Positions 50,960 through 63,062 of a DNA stretch of 64,000 bases are shown piece after piece. Numbering within the stretch: the stretch's first letter is position 1; each line of letters begins with the position of its first letter. Below the pieces are notes generated by a model. That model was not told the DNA's origin. It saw only the letters and a list, made by a program, of their open reading frames with translations, and did no database searches. The stretch lies in contig NC_057718.1 in the NCBI RefSeq assembly GCF_004010195.1, forward strand, positions 64,423,637 to 64,487,636. Reading direction: 5' to 3'. The DNA comes from Chiloscyllium plagiosum (Eukaryota). Both the position numbers and the translations under genes were made by a program.

Positions 50960-51417
50960 GTATATATTCAATGCTATCACAAGTCAATTTGACTAATGTG
51001 ATTAATATAATCTCTGAGTATAGAATAAAGGAGTTAACTCATTTATTTGTTTTAGTCCCATGGAAAAGAGAAACAAAGAAAAGGAATAGATCATTCAGTC
51101 TTTCAAACTTGCTCTGCCATTCAATTAGATCATGCTGACCCATACCTAAATCAATTGATTTACTTTTTGTTCCATATCTTTGTAACTACCCGAAGTATCT
51201 TGCATTAACATTCTTGAACATTTCAATTGACTGAATAACCACAGCCTTTTATGGGAGGTTTAGATCTTTACTACTTTTGGCATGACAATCTAGTCGCTGG
51301 TGCCACAGCTAAATAGGCAATCTTTTACGATTATATCTTCTTGATCTTATGTACAAATAATATACTCACAGAAATAGACAGTTTGGTCAACAAACTGTTA
51401 CAAGTATGATATTTTTA

Positions 51418-51730
51418 AGAATCATAGAACCCTACAGTGTGGAAGCAGGTTATTTGGCTCATTGAGTCCGCACCAACCTTCTGAAGAGCATCCCTACTAG
51501 ACCCGGACCACTACCACCCCGCCCACCCCCCCCAAAAAAAAACCCCAGCCCTATAACCTTGCATTTCCCATGGCTAATCACCCTCGCCAGCACATCCCTG
51601 GACACTACGGGCAATTTAGCATGGCCAGTCCACCTAACCTGCTCATCTTTGCACTGTGGGAGGAAACCGGAGTACCTGGAGGAAACCCATGCAGACATAG
51701 GGAGAGTATGCAAAGTCCATACAGTCACCA
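51418..51730 (-). mobile_element. HE1 SINE (5'-truncated)
   Basis: V-domain and CR1-like tail on the - strand. Confidence 0.88.
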
Positions 51731-52050
51731 ATGTTATATTTTGGGATTGTGTCTTTAATTGAAGTGGTTTATATGACTTATTCTGGCCTCCTTGACAGTG
51801 AGTCTTGATGATATGGTTTTTGATGATTAAAGGGAGGTCCAGTTTCATTGTTTCATTGGAAAGAAGTTGTGTATGATATTCACATTTGGAGATGATGATA
51901 GATGATAATACTGTTCTTACAGCAATTAGGGTTGCTCATGTCAAAAGTGCCAAAGAGGAATTGAGGATGCCAGGTTGTAAACATTTATGCTTTAAACTGG
52001 CCATTTATCTAAGATGGTAGAGAGTTGCCAATCAAAGATAACTAATCAGT

Positions 52051-52182
52051 ATTTCCTGAAGAAGGGCTCATGCCCGAAACGTTAGTTCTCCTGCTCCTTG
52101 GGGATGCTGCCTGACCTGCTGCGCTTTTCCAGCAACACATTTTCAGCTCTGATCTCCAGCATCTGCAGTCCTCACTTTCTCG
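52051..52182 (+). mobile_element. Solo PLE pLTR (family A)
   Basis: Core CTGAAGA-A-GGGC-TCAT-GCCC-GAAACGTT at 52056-52083. TSD TAATCAG(T/A)ATTTC at 52043-52055 and 52183-52195. Confidence 0.85.
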
Positions 52183-52289
52183 TAATCAGAATTTCTACCT
52201 GGATACTGGACCTCTGTGGTTTATATGATTGTAGAGATGGGCTTTAAGAAGTAAAATGATTTTAAGATAGCCCTGAAATAGCTAGTCTG

Positions 52290-52750
52290 CCGGGATCCGG
52301 ATTAATGCATGCAATTATGATGTTGTTATCACAGAGACATGGGTGAAAGAGGGACAGGATTGACAGCTTAATGTTCCAGGATATCGGTGTTTTAGGCGAG
52401 ACAGAGGAAGAAGCAAAAGAGGTGGGGGAGTCGCTTTCTGGTTGGGCCACATATCACAGCTGCACTGAGGGAGGACATCCTGGAGGGATCTTGCAGTGAG
52501 GCATTATAGGTGGAGTTTAGGGATAGGAAGGGTGCAATCACAATGCTGAGATTGTACTACAGAACTCCCAGCTGCCAGCAGGACATAGATGAAGAGATAT
52601 GTACGCAGATTCTAGAAGATGTGCAAATTAACTTCCCCCATATTGACTGGGACCCCATTAGTGCCTAGGGTTTGGATGGGAGCAATTAATTAGGTGTGTC
52701 TGTAGGGCGTTTTTGAAACACGATATGGATAGTCCAGTGAGGGAAGGGGG
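52290..52750 (+). mobile_element. CR1 endonuclease remnant; apparently continues at ~59113
   Basis: ITETWV..LNVPGYRCFRRDR..YYRTP..NFPHIDW..DSPVREG. Confidence 0.75.
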
Positions 52751-52751
52751 T

Positions 52752-53805
52752 TCAAAAAGTGTGGTGATGGAAAAGCACAACTGGTCAGGCAGCATCTGAG
52801 GAGCAGGAGAGTCGATGTTTTGAGCATAAGCTCTTCACCAGGAATGTGGGAGGTGCCCAAGTGAGATAGTTGGATCTGGGATAAGGTGAGGAGAGGGGAG
52901 ATGAGGTAACTAGTGAAATCAACATTGATCCCATGTGGTTGGAGGGTCCCACGGCAGAAGATGAGGTGTTCTTCCTCCAGGAGTCGGGTGGCTAGGATTT
53001 GGTAGTAGAGGAGGCCTATGTCCTTGCACGTCCTTGGGGAGTGGAAGGGAGAGTTGAAGTGTTCAGCCACAGAAAGGTGGGGTTGTTTGGTTCGTGTGCA
53101 GGAGATTTCTCTGAAATGTTCCACGAGTTGGTGTCCATTCTCCCCAATATAGAGGAGACAACATCGAGAGCAACAGACACAGTGGATGAAGTGTTTGGAG
53201 GTGTAGGAAAATCTCTGCTGAATATGGAAGGATTCTTTGGGGCCTATATCTCTGGTGGGAAATATATTTCTGGTGGTGGGGTCTGACTGTAGGTGGCGGA
53301 AATGGTGGAGGATGATGCATTGCATCCAGAGCTTGGTGGGGTGGAAGGTGGGGACCAGGGAGGTTCTGTCCTTGTTGCGGTTGGAGGGGTGGGGTTCATG
53401 GGCGGAAGTGCGGCAAGTGGAGGAGATGTGCTGGAAGACATCTCCCGGTACCATCCTTTGCCACCTCAAGAGGTGTAAAACCTGCACTCACACTTCCCCC
53501 CTTACTTCCAATCAAGGCCCCAAAGAATCCTTCCACATCGGGCAGAGATTTTCCTGCACCTCCAAACACCTCATTTACCATGTCCATTGCTTTCGATATG
53601 GTCTTCTTTACATTGGGGAGACAAGATGCCAACTTGTGGAACGTTTCAGAGAATATCTCTGGGACACATACCAATCAATCTCACTGCTCTGTGGCAAAAC
53701 ACTTCAACTCCCCCTCCCACTCAGCCAAGGACATGCAAGTCCTGGGTCTGCCCCACTGCCAAATTCTAGCTACCCAAAGCCTGGAGGAAGAACGCCTCAT
53801 TTTCT
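52752..53805. mobile_element. PLE with back-to-back inverted GIY-YIG segments
   Basis: LLYIGENGHQLVEHFRE (-, 52690-53487) and GLLYIGETRCQLVERFREYL (+, 53450-53805). Confidence 0.88.
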
Positions 53806-53806
53806 A

Positions 53807-53970
53807 GGTAAAAACAATGACTGCAGATGCTGGAAACCAGATTCTGGATTAGTGGTGCTGGAAGAGCACAGCAATTCAGGCAGCATCCGAGGACAGGCAA
53901 AATCGACGTTTCGGGCAAAAGCCCTTCATCAGGAATAAAGGCAGAGAGCCTGAAGCATGGAGAGATAAGC
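53807..53970 (-). mobile_element. PLE pLTR variant with intact hammerhead core
   Basis: The reverse complement of 53905-53932 is CTGATGA-A-GGGC-TTTT-GCCC-GAAACGTC. Confidence 0.8.
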
Positions 53971-55150
53971 TACCCTCTCAGGCAACATGTTCCATATTTG
54001 ACCCATCCCCTGGGTAATTTGCTTTTCCATCAGATCCTCGCGAAATGCTTCATTTTTCACTTTAACCTTAATTCAATTGGTCTAAGACATGCCTACATCG
54101 CGGAAGTATTTATCACAATCGGCCCAGTCTATATCACTCACCATTATGTCTGCATCAATTGCCCCCTTAGCCTCTTCTGCTCCACAGACCCCAAACAAAA
54201 GTTAACTTTTTGCTGAGACCTCTCACTTCAGGGAACATCCCGTGAAACCTCTCTGCAATCTCTGCAGTGCAATTGTTCCCTGCCGATTTTGTAGCGATTG
54301 GACCCGCGCAGACTGTGGACTAACCATATCTTTCTTTAGAGTCTGCAACAATACTTCCTTCCTCCTATATTCCACCCTGTGGCTGATGATTATGCTTCCT
54401 TACGAACTTGCAGATGCAAGGACTACTGGGTTTTCAGTTCAGTACAACAGTGAACCTTTCATCGTTTTAAGTAAAGGTCCTGCTGAGAGCCCTGTCATTG
54501 ACGGTGCCAGGAATCTTCACTGCCAAAACAAAACTTTCCTGAGCATAACGCACCGCCTTTCCCCCGGTACCTCCCGCTATATGCCTCATCATTAGAGCAG
54601 ATGCGATCGGGAGGTAAGCTAAGAGAATGGAAGAGAGTCCATTCAGGTAGGATACTGTGACGATGCATAATAAATGTAACAGTGGAAATTGAAAGNNNNN
54701 NNNNNNNNNNNNNNNNNNNNNNNNNNNNNNNNNNNNNNNNNNNNNNNNNNNNNNNNNNNNNNNNNNNNNNNNNNNNNNNNNNNNNNNNNNNNNNNNNNNN
54801 NNNNNNNNNNNNNNNNNNNNNNNNNNNNNNNNNNNNNNNNNNNNNNNNNNNNNNNNNNNNNNNNNNNNNNNNNNNNNNNNNNNNNNNNNNNNNNNNNNNN
54901 NNNNNNNNNNNNNNNNNNNNNNNNNNNNNNNNNNNNNNNNNNNNNNNNNNNNNNNNNNNNNNNNNNNNNNNNNNNNNNNNNNNNNNNNNNNNNNNNNNNN
55001 NNNNNNNNNNNNNNNNNNNNNNNNNNNNNNNNNNNNNNNNNNNNNNNNNNNNNNNNNNNNNNNNNNNNNNNNNNNNNNNNNNNNNNNNNNNNNNNNNNNN
55101 NNNNNNNNNNNNNNNNNNNNNNNNNNNNNNNNNNNNNNNNNNNNNNNNNN

Positions 55151-58100
55151 AGGAAAAAGACTTTCACTGTCTATCCTGTCTAATCCTCTGATCATCTTGT
55201 ATGTCTCTATCAAATCCCCTCTTAGCCTTCTTCTTGCCAATGAGAACAGGTTCAAGTCTCCCAGCATTTCCTCATTAGACCTTTCCTCCAGACCAGGCAA
55301 CGTCCTGGTAAATCTCCTCTGCTCCTTTTCCAATGCTTCCATATCCTTCCCGAAATATGGGGACCAGAACTGTACAGAATATTCCAAGTGTGGCCGCACC
55401 AGCATTTTGTATAGTTGCAGCATGATATTGCAGCTCCGGAACTCAATCCCTCTACGAATGAAACCTAACACACTGTATGCCTTCTTAACAGCACTATCCA
55501 CCTGGGTGGCAACTTTCAGGGATCTATGTACATGGACTCCAAGATCCCTCTGCACATCCACACTACCAAGAATCTTTCCATTGACCCAGTGCTCTGCCCT
55601 CCTGTTATTCTTCCTAAAGTGAATCACCTCACATTTAGCTGCATTGAACTCTATTTGCCACCTCTCAGCCCAACTCTGCAGTTTATTCAGGTCCCGCAGC
55701 AACCTGTAACATTTTTCCAAACTGTCCACTACTCCACCGACTTTAGTGTCGTCTGCAAATTTACTAATCCATCCACCTATGCCTGCGTCTAAGTCATTTA
55801 TAAAAATGACAAACAGCAGTGGTCCCAAAACAGATCCTTGTGGCACACCACTCGTTAACCGGACTCCAGGCTGAATATTTTCCGTCAACCACCACACGCT
55901 GCCTTCTTTCATAAAGCCAGTTTCTTATCCAAACTGCTGAATCACCCTCAATTCCATGCCTCTGCATTTTCTCCAACAGCCTACCATGTGGAACCTTATC
56001 AAAGGATTTACTGAAATCCCTGTATATCACGTCAACTGCCCTACCCTCATCTACATGCTTGGTCACCTTCTCAGAAGACCCAATGAGGTTTGTGAGACAC
56101 GACCTGCCCTTGACTATCTGAAATCGAACTGTTGCTTGCTAGATGATTATAAATCATTTCCAAAACCTTTCCTACAACAGAAGTAAGGCTCACTGGTCTA
56201 TAATTACCTGGGTCATCTCTACTGCCCTTCTTGAACAAGGGCACAACATTTGCAATCCTCCAGTCCTCTGATACCAAACCTGTAGACAGTGACGACTCAA
56301 ATATCAAAGCCAAAGGCTCTGCTAATCACCTCCCTAGCTTCCCAGAGAATACTCGGATAAATCCCATCCGACCCAGGGGACTTACCTACTTTCACTCCTT
56401 CTCGAATTGATAACACGTGTTCATAACTAACCTCAATCCTTTCTAGTCTAAAATCTCGTATCTCATTCTTCTCCTCTACAATGTTCTCTATTTCCTGAAT
56501 GTAAACTGATGAGAAATATTCGTTTAGCACCTCTCCGATCTCCACAAGGTCCACACTCAACTTCCCACTTCTGTCTTTGACTGGCCCTATTCCTACCCTA
56601 ATCATCCTTTTATTCCTCCGCTTTAGGGCTCTCCTTTATTCTATTTGCTACAGACTGCTCGTGTCCTCTCTTTGCTCTTCTTAACTCTCTCTTTAAATCC
56701 TTCCTAGCTGATCTGTAACTCTCCATCGCCTCAGCTGAACCATCTTGCCTCATCCACACATAAGCCTCCTCCTTCTTTATAACAAGAGATGCAATTTCTG
56801 TTGTGAACCATGGCTCCCTTACCTTATCACTTCCTCCCTGCCTAACAGGGACATACCTATCAAGGACACACAATGTCTGTTCCTTAAACCAGTTCCACAT
56901 TACCATTATCTGCATCCCCTGCATTTTGCTACCCCATTCTATGCATCCTAATTCTTGCCTAATCACATTATAATTGCCCTTGCCCCATTGATAACTCTTG
57001 ACCTGTGGCATGTACCTAACCNNNNNNNNNNNNNNNNNNNNNNNNNNNNNNNNNNNNNNNNNNNNNNNNNNNNNNNNNNNNNNNNNNNNNNNNNNNNNNN
57101 NNNNNNNNNNNNNNNNNNNNNNNNNNNNNNNNNNNNNNNNNNNNNNNNNNNNNNNNNNNNNNNNNNNNNNNNNNNNNNNNNNNNNNNNNNNNNNNNNNNN
57201 NNNNNNNNNNNNNNNNNNNNNNNNNNNNNNNNNNNNNNNNNNNNNNNNNNNNNNNNNNNNNNNNNNNNNNNNNNNNNNNNNNNNNNNNNNNNNNNNNNNN
57301 NNNNNNNNNNNNNNNNNNNNNNNNNNNNNNNNNNNNNNNNNNNNNNNNNNNNNNNNNNNNNNNNNNNNNNNNNNNNNNNNNNNNNNNNNNNNNNNNNNNN
57401 NNNNNNNNNNNNNNNNNNNNNNNNNNNNNNNNNNNNNNNNNNNNNNNNNNNNNNNNNNNNNNNNNNNNNNNNNNNNNNNNNNNNNNNNNNNNNNNNNNNN
57501 NNNNNNNNNNNNNNNNNNNNNNNNNNNNNNNNNNNNNNNNNNNNNNNNNNNNNNNNNNNNNNNNNNNNNNNNNNNNNNNNNNNNNNNNNNNNNNNNNNNN
57601 NNNNNNNNNNNNNNNNNNNNNNNNNNNNNNNNNNNNNNNNNNNNNNNNNNNNNNNNNNNNNNNNNNNNNCTCCCTCCTGCACCATCCTTGCAGCCACGTG
57701 TTCAGCTGATACCTCTCCCTATTCCTTGCCTCGCTATCACGTGGCACAGGTAACAAACCAGAGATAACAACTCTGTTTGTTCTTGCTCTCAGCTTCCACC
57801 CTAGCTCTCTGAAATCCTGCCTTACATCCCTATCCCTCTTTCTACCTATGTCGTTGGTACCTACATGGACAACGGCTTGAGGCTGGTCACCCTCTCCCTT
57901 CAGGACCCCAGAGATACGATCTGAGACATCACGGATCCTGGCACCTGGGAGGCAACACACCAACCATGAGTCTCGTTCATTCTCAACAAACCTTCTATCT
58001 GAGCCTCTAACTATCGAGTCCCCAGTGACTAACACTCTCCTCCTTTCCCTTCTTCCCTTCTGTGCAACAGGAACAGGCTCTGTGCCAGAGACATGGGTCC

Positions 58101-58884
58101 CACTGCTTACCCCTCAACAGTAAGTCGTCCCCCTCAACAGTATCCAAAACGGTATACATGTTTTTCAGGGGTATGACCACAGGGGATCCCTCCACTGACT
58201 GTTTTCTCCCCCTTCGAACAGTCACCTAGCTTTCTTCATGCCTAGGAGTAACAACTTCCCTGTAACTCTTAGCCATCACAGCCTCTGCCTCCTGAATGAT
58301 CTGAAGTTCATCCAGCTCCCGCTCCAGTTCCCTAACACAGTCTTGGAGGAGCGAGAGTTGGGTGCACTTCCTGCAGATGTACTTGGATGGGACACTAACG
58401 CCGTCCCTTACCTCAAACATCATGCAGGAGGAACATTGCTCTCCCTGCACTGCCATCCCTGCTAGTCCCCATATCACAAAGTAAAAAAGAAGAGACGCTT
58501 ACCTGATATGTCCCTGGTCTTTAAGGTTAGAGGAGGTGGTTGGGTGGGAGGCCCTACGAACGTAGGGTTTCGGGTTGAGAAAACACTGACTTATATAGCT
58601 GGATGGAAATAAAAATAAGAAGTCCCTCCTTTCCCAGAAACCTCTGCTCTCTGACTTCAAATTTAAAAACACAAATCAGTGACTCACTGCTCCCGGCAGA
58701 CCCCTGGTGCAAGCTCCCGCTCTTCGAATTGCTGCTGCCGCTGAAAAACAGAAATGGAGGACTCCCGCGCTCGTGGTAAGTTTTTAAAGGCTCAAATCAG
58801 TGAATCACTGCTCTCGGCAGGCCCCTGGTGCAAGCTCCCACCCTTCGAGTTGCTGCTGCCACTGAAAAACAGAAATAGAGGACT
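55151..58884 (-). mobile_element. Near full-length CR1 LINE: tandem 5' monomers, ORF1 (Zn-finger + SGNH esterase), ORF2 (RT); two gaps
   Basis: ORF1 CSSC..CRKC..coiled coil; GDSIVRG..PGA..HVGTND esterase blocks; ORF2 [20 protein letters not shown]. Confidence 0.95.
58662..58884 (-). repeat. 121-bp tandem monomers at the CR1 5' end
   Basis: aaatcagtga at 58673 and 58794; both units share ccctggtgcaagctccc..gctgctgcc..ctgaaaaacagaaat. Confidence 0.85.
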
Positions 58885-59112
58885 ACCCATCGCATTTCAT
58901 CTACCTATTGCATTTCTAGCTACCTTCTCCCCATCCCCACCCCCTCTCCCATTTATCTCTCAGCTCCCTGGGCCACCTCCAGATTCCTGATGAAGAGCTT
59001 ATGCTCGAAATGTCGACTCTCCTGCACCTTGGATGCTGCCTGACCGGCTGTGCTTTTCCAGTGCCATACTTTTTGACTCTGATCTCCAGTATCTGCAGTC
59101 CTCACTTTCTCC
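58885..59112 (+). mobile_element. PLE pLTR (family A variant)
   Basis: Core CTGATGA-A-GAGC-TTAT-GCTC-GAAATGTC at 58987-59014. Confidence 0.82.
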
Positions 59113-60782
59113 CAATGAAGGAGGAGGTATAACTGGATTTGTTATTGGGAAATGAACCTGGCCAGGTGATCAAAGTTTCCATTGGAGAGCATTTAGGGAA
59201 TAATGACCACAATTCCATAAGTTTTCAGGTACCTATGGATAAGGACAAGAGTGGACCTCGGGTAAAGGTGTTAAATTGGGGGAAAGCCAACTATAATTGA
59301 ATTAGGCAAGATTTGGAGAAATGGATTGGCTATTTCAGAGTGGCTACTTAAGGGCAAATCCACATCTGTCATGTGGGAATCTTTTAAAGACCAGTCGATT
59401 AGAGTGCAGGACAGGAATGGCAGGAGTCAAGAAACTTGGATGATGGGGGAAATAATTAGTAAAAAAAAAGAGCATACTTAAGGTCTAGGCAACTAAAAAA
59501 CAGACAAAGTCCTTGGAGACTGTAGAGAAAATAAGAAGGAGCTCAGATGGAGAATTAGGAGGGCTAAAGGGGCTATGAAATATCCTTGGCCAGCAGGGTT
59601 AAGGAGAATCCCAATGCATTTTATACACATATTTGGAGCAAGAGGACAACTAGAGAAAGCATAGGCTCACTCAAGGATAAGGGAGAGAGGTAATGTGTGA
59701 AGTCAGAGGAAATGGGTGAGATCCTTAATGAATACTTTCCATCAGTATTCACCAAAAAGAGAGACATGAGGAATGTTGAGGTTAGGGAAATGTATGTGAA
59801 TACTCTCAAGCAGGTCAACATAATGAAGGAAGAACTGTTGGGTGTCTTGAAATGTATTAAGGTAGACAAATCCCCAAGGCAAGATAGGATCAATTCCAAT
59901 ATACTGTGGAAGGCTAGGGAGGAAATAACTCAGGCCTTAACAGATATCTCTGCATCCTCTTTCATTTCCAGAGGACTGGAGAATGGCCAATGTTGCTCCT
60001 TTGTTTACGAAAGGAAACAGAGATAATCCAGGTAATTACAGGCTGGTGAGCCTGACATCAGTGGTGGAGAAGCTGTCGGAGAAGATACTGAGAGACAGGA
60101 TTTATTCACATTTGGAAGTGAATGGACTGTTAGTGATAGACAACATGGGCTTATGCAGAGAAGGTCAAATCTCACCAACTTGATTGAGTTTTTTGAGAAG
60201 GGAATGATTGATGAGGGAAGGGCATTGGATGTTGTCTACGTGGCTTTAGTAAGGCATTTGATAAGGTACCTTAAGGCAGTCTGGTATAAAAGATCCCTCA
60301 TGAGGTCTAGCGTGGGCTGGCTAGATGGATACAAAAGTAGCTTGGTCATAGGACACAGAGAGTAGCCATGGATGCTTTTCGGGGAATGGAGATCCATAAC
60401 TGGTGGTGTTCCACAAGGATCAGTGCTGGATCTTTGTTGTTTGTAATATATGTACATGATCTGGAGGAAAATGTAGGTGGTCTGATTAGTAAGTATGTGG
60501 ATGACACCAAAATTGGTAGGTTTGCAGGTATTGAGGTAGATTGCTAAAGAATACAGCAGAATATAGATATAGAATACTGCAGATTTGGGCAGTAAAATGG
60601 CAGGTGGAGTTTAATCTGGACAAATGTGAGGTGATGCAATTTGGAAGATCAAATTCAGGTGCGAATTATACAATAAATGGCAGAACCCTTAGGAGCATCG
60701 ACATACAGAGGGATCTGGAAGTACAGGTGCACAGATCCCTGAAAGTGGCAACACAGGTGGATAAGGTGGTCAAAAAGGCATA

Positions 60783-60982
60783 CAGTTGGAACTGCTATAA
60801 CTGCTATTCCTTTCTCATGCAACCTAGTGTTGTAAGAAAATCGTGTAATAGAAACATGATTTAAACTAATGGGGCCGGAATCGCATTATAACCAATACAC
60901 TTTAAATGTTTGCACTATAGAAACTTTGCCCCCAATTCGTCAATTCTGTTAATGAAATGCACGTTATTAGCAGAATGACCTG
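60783..60982. mobile_element. Tc1/mariner (Tigger-like) MITE
   Basis: Inserted after TA in CR1. Imperfect TIRs CAGTTGGAACTGCTATAAC / GTTATTAGCAGAATGACCTG; the right TSD reads CA. Confidence 0.6.
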
Positions 60983-61569
60983 CACAGCTCATTTGCCTTT
61001 ATCAGCTGGGACATCAAATATGAAAGTTGGCAAGTTCTGTTCCAGTTGTATAAAATCTTCGTTAGACCACATTTGCAATATTGTGTGCAGTTCCAGTCGC
61101 CACACCACCAGAAGACATGGATACTTTGGAGACGGTGCAGAGAAGGTTTACCAGGATGCTGCCCGTTCTGGAGGGTTTTAGATCTGAGGAGACTTTAGAT
61201 AAACTATGGAAAGAGATTGGACATATTGGGGTTGTTTTCTGTAGAGCAGAGGAGACTGGGAGGGGACCTGTTTGAGATGTATGAAATTGTGTGGGACATA
61301 GATAGGAAGAAACATTTCCCCTTGATGGAAGGACCAATGATCGGGGCATAAATTTGAAATAAGGGGCGGTGGGTTGAGAGATGTGAGGAAAACATTTTCA
61401 CCCAGAGGTTGGTAGGAATCTGGAACTCACTGCCTGTATGGGTGGTAGAGACAGAAACTCTCTTAACATTTAAGTATATAGATGTGCACTTGTGATACCA
61501 AGGCATTTAAAATTATGGCCAAATCCTGGAAACCAGGATTAGCTGTTATGGGCTGAAGAGCCTTTTTTT

Positions 61570-61854
61570 AGATTAGATTAGATTAGATTACTTACACTGT
61601 GGAAACAGGCCCTTCGGCCCAACAAGTCCACACTGACCCTCTGAATAGCAACTCACCTAGACCCATTCCCCTACATTTACCCCTTCACCTAACACTACGG
61701 GCAATTTAGCATGGCCAATTCACCCAACCTGCACATTTTTGGACTGTGGGAGGAAACCGGAGCACCCAGAGGAAACCCACGCAGACACAGGGAGAACGTG
61801 CAAACTCCACACAGACAGTTGCCTGAGGTGGGAATTGAACCTGGGTCTCTGGCA
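61570..61854 (-). mobile_element. HE1 SINE inserted in the CR1 3' tail
   Basis: (GATTA)n tail and V-domain; the CR1 tail resumes at ctgtgctatagatttctatga. Confidence 0.9.
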
Positions 61855-62597
61855 CTTTTTCTGTGCTATAGATTTCTATGACTCATGACAGATTAATTGT
61901 TTTCTAAAAAGGTATATAACATGGTAGATTATGAAGTGAAGAATGATCTATGGAGGAGTTCAAATCTTTGAAGATGCTAGAACAATATTCTAACATTCAA
62001 AGTTCACATCACCATCGCTCCTCAGTTCTGAAGGGGAGTTATGTCAGATTCAAAACAATAATGATTTTTTTCTCTCCACAGATGCTGCTAGTTGTGTTGA
62101 CTTTCTCTAGCACTTGTTGTATTTATTTAGATCCCCAGTAACCACACTATTTTACTTTTATTTTATATTATTGAATAAATAAATCCTTTTGCCTATACAC
62201 GTAATGGTGGATAGTAATTAACACTGCAACATAACTATATAAAGAAGTAGCAAGGAAATGAGAAAATTGCACTAAGATCAACCTCAAGGAGTTGGAATAC
62301 ATTTGACAAGAAGAATCAAGCGACATTATTATTGTGGCCATAATTGTGGACTTCCTATGTGGAAGTTTACAACTGTAACTTGGGTACTTTATGAAGACAA
62401 GGCTTACGTCATGGAGACCTTAGGATAATTTCCATGATCTAATTTGTGTAATAGAAGTGAACTAGAGAAATTTCAACCTCTATGTCTAATGTTCACAATG
62501 CCTTTGATACCATTATTGGGAAGGAAGAGTAATCATTGATGATGCAAAAACATTACATAATCATCTCCAAGTTCCCACCAAGTCATGCATCATCCTC

Positions 62598-62806
62598 CGG
62601 GGTTTCCTCCGGGGGCTCCGGTTTCCTCCCACAGTCCAAAGATGTGCAAGTCAGGTGAATTGGCCATGCTAAATTGCACGTAGTGTTAGGTAAAGGGGTA
62701 AATGTAGGGGTATGGGTGGGTTACGCTTCGGCGGGTCGGTGTGGACTTGTTGGGCCGAAGGGCCTGTTTCCACACTGTAAGTAATCTAATCTAATCTAAT
62801 CTAATC
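62598..62806 (+). mobile_element. HE1 SINE (5'-truncated, young)
   Basis: gggtttcctccgg..ggcctgtttccacactgtaagtaatctaatctaatc; CpGs retained. Confidence 0.92.
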
Positions 62807-62834
62807 CTGATTTGTAAACATGTCACTGTTCTTT

Positions 62835-63062
62835 CTGAAATAACTCCACAGAGGCAAGTATCCTGTCACCAAGCCACCCTTTATTGACAAGTGAAGAATC
62901 CTTGACACTGATTCAGTTCCCTCAGAGCCAGCTCTTAGAGCAACAGGATGTCTGATACTCCAGTTCATATCTGTCAGTCAGGGCTCCTTGACTGTATCAG
63001 ATTAACAGCCTGAATCGGGGAACTCATATTCTGTGGAGGTCCACCTGGCTAATCTTGTTACA
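62835..63062 (-). mobile_element. Possible short solo LTR
   Basis: Ends ..cttgttaca (TGTAAC on the - strand); tttatt (AATAAA on -) at ~62880. Confidence 0.35.

Larger units (their letters stand above)
59113..61885 (+). mobile_element. Degenerate CR1 ORF2 with 3' UTR; contains a MITE and a SINE
   Basis: [62 protein letters not shown]. Confidence 0.9.

Noticed and set aside
54467..55912. 481-aa ORF and other long ORFs across N-runs (56955-58035, 30057-30768, 26855-27131)
   Set aside because: Their length is an artefact of N-gaps; the real parts are CR1 or PLE fragments.
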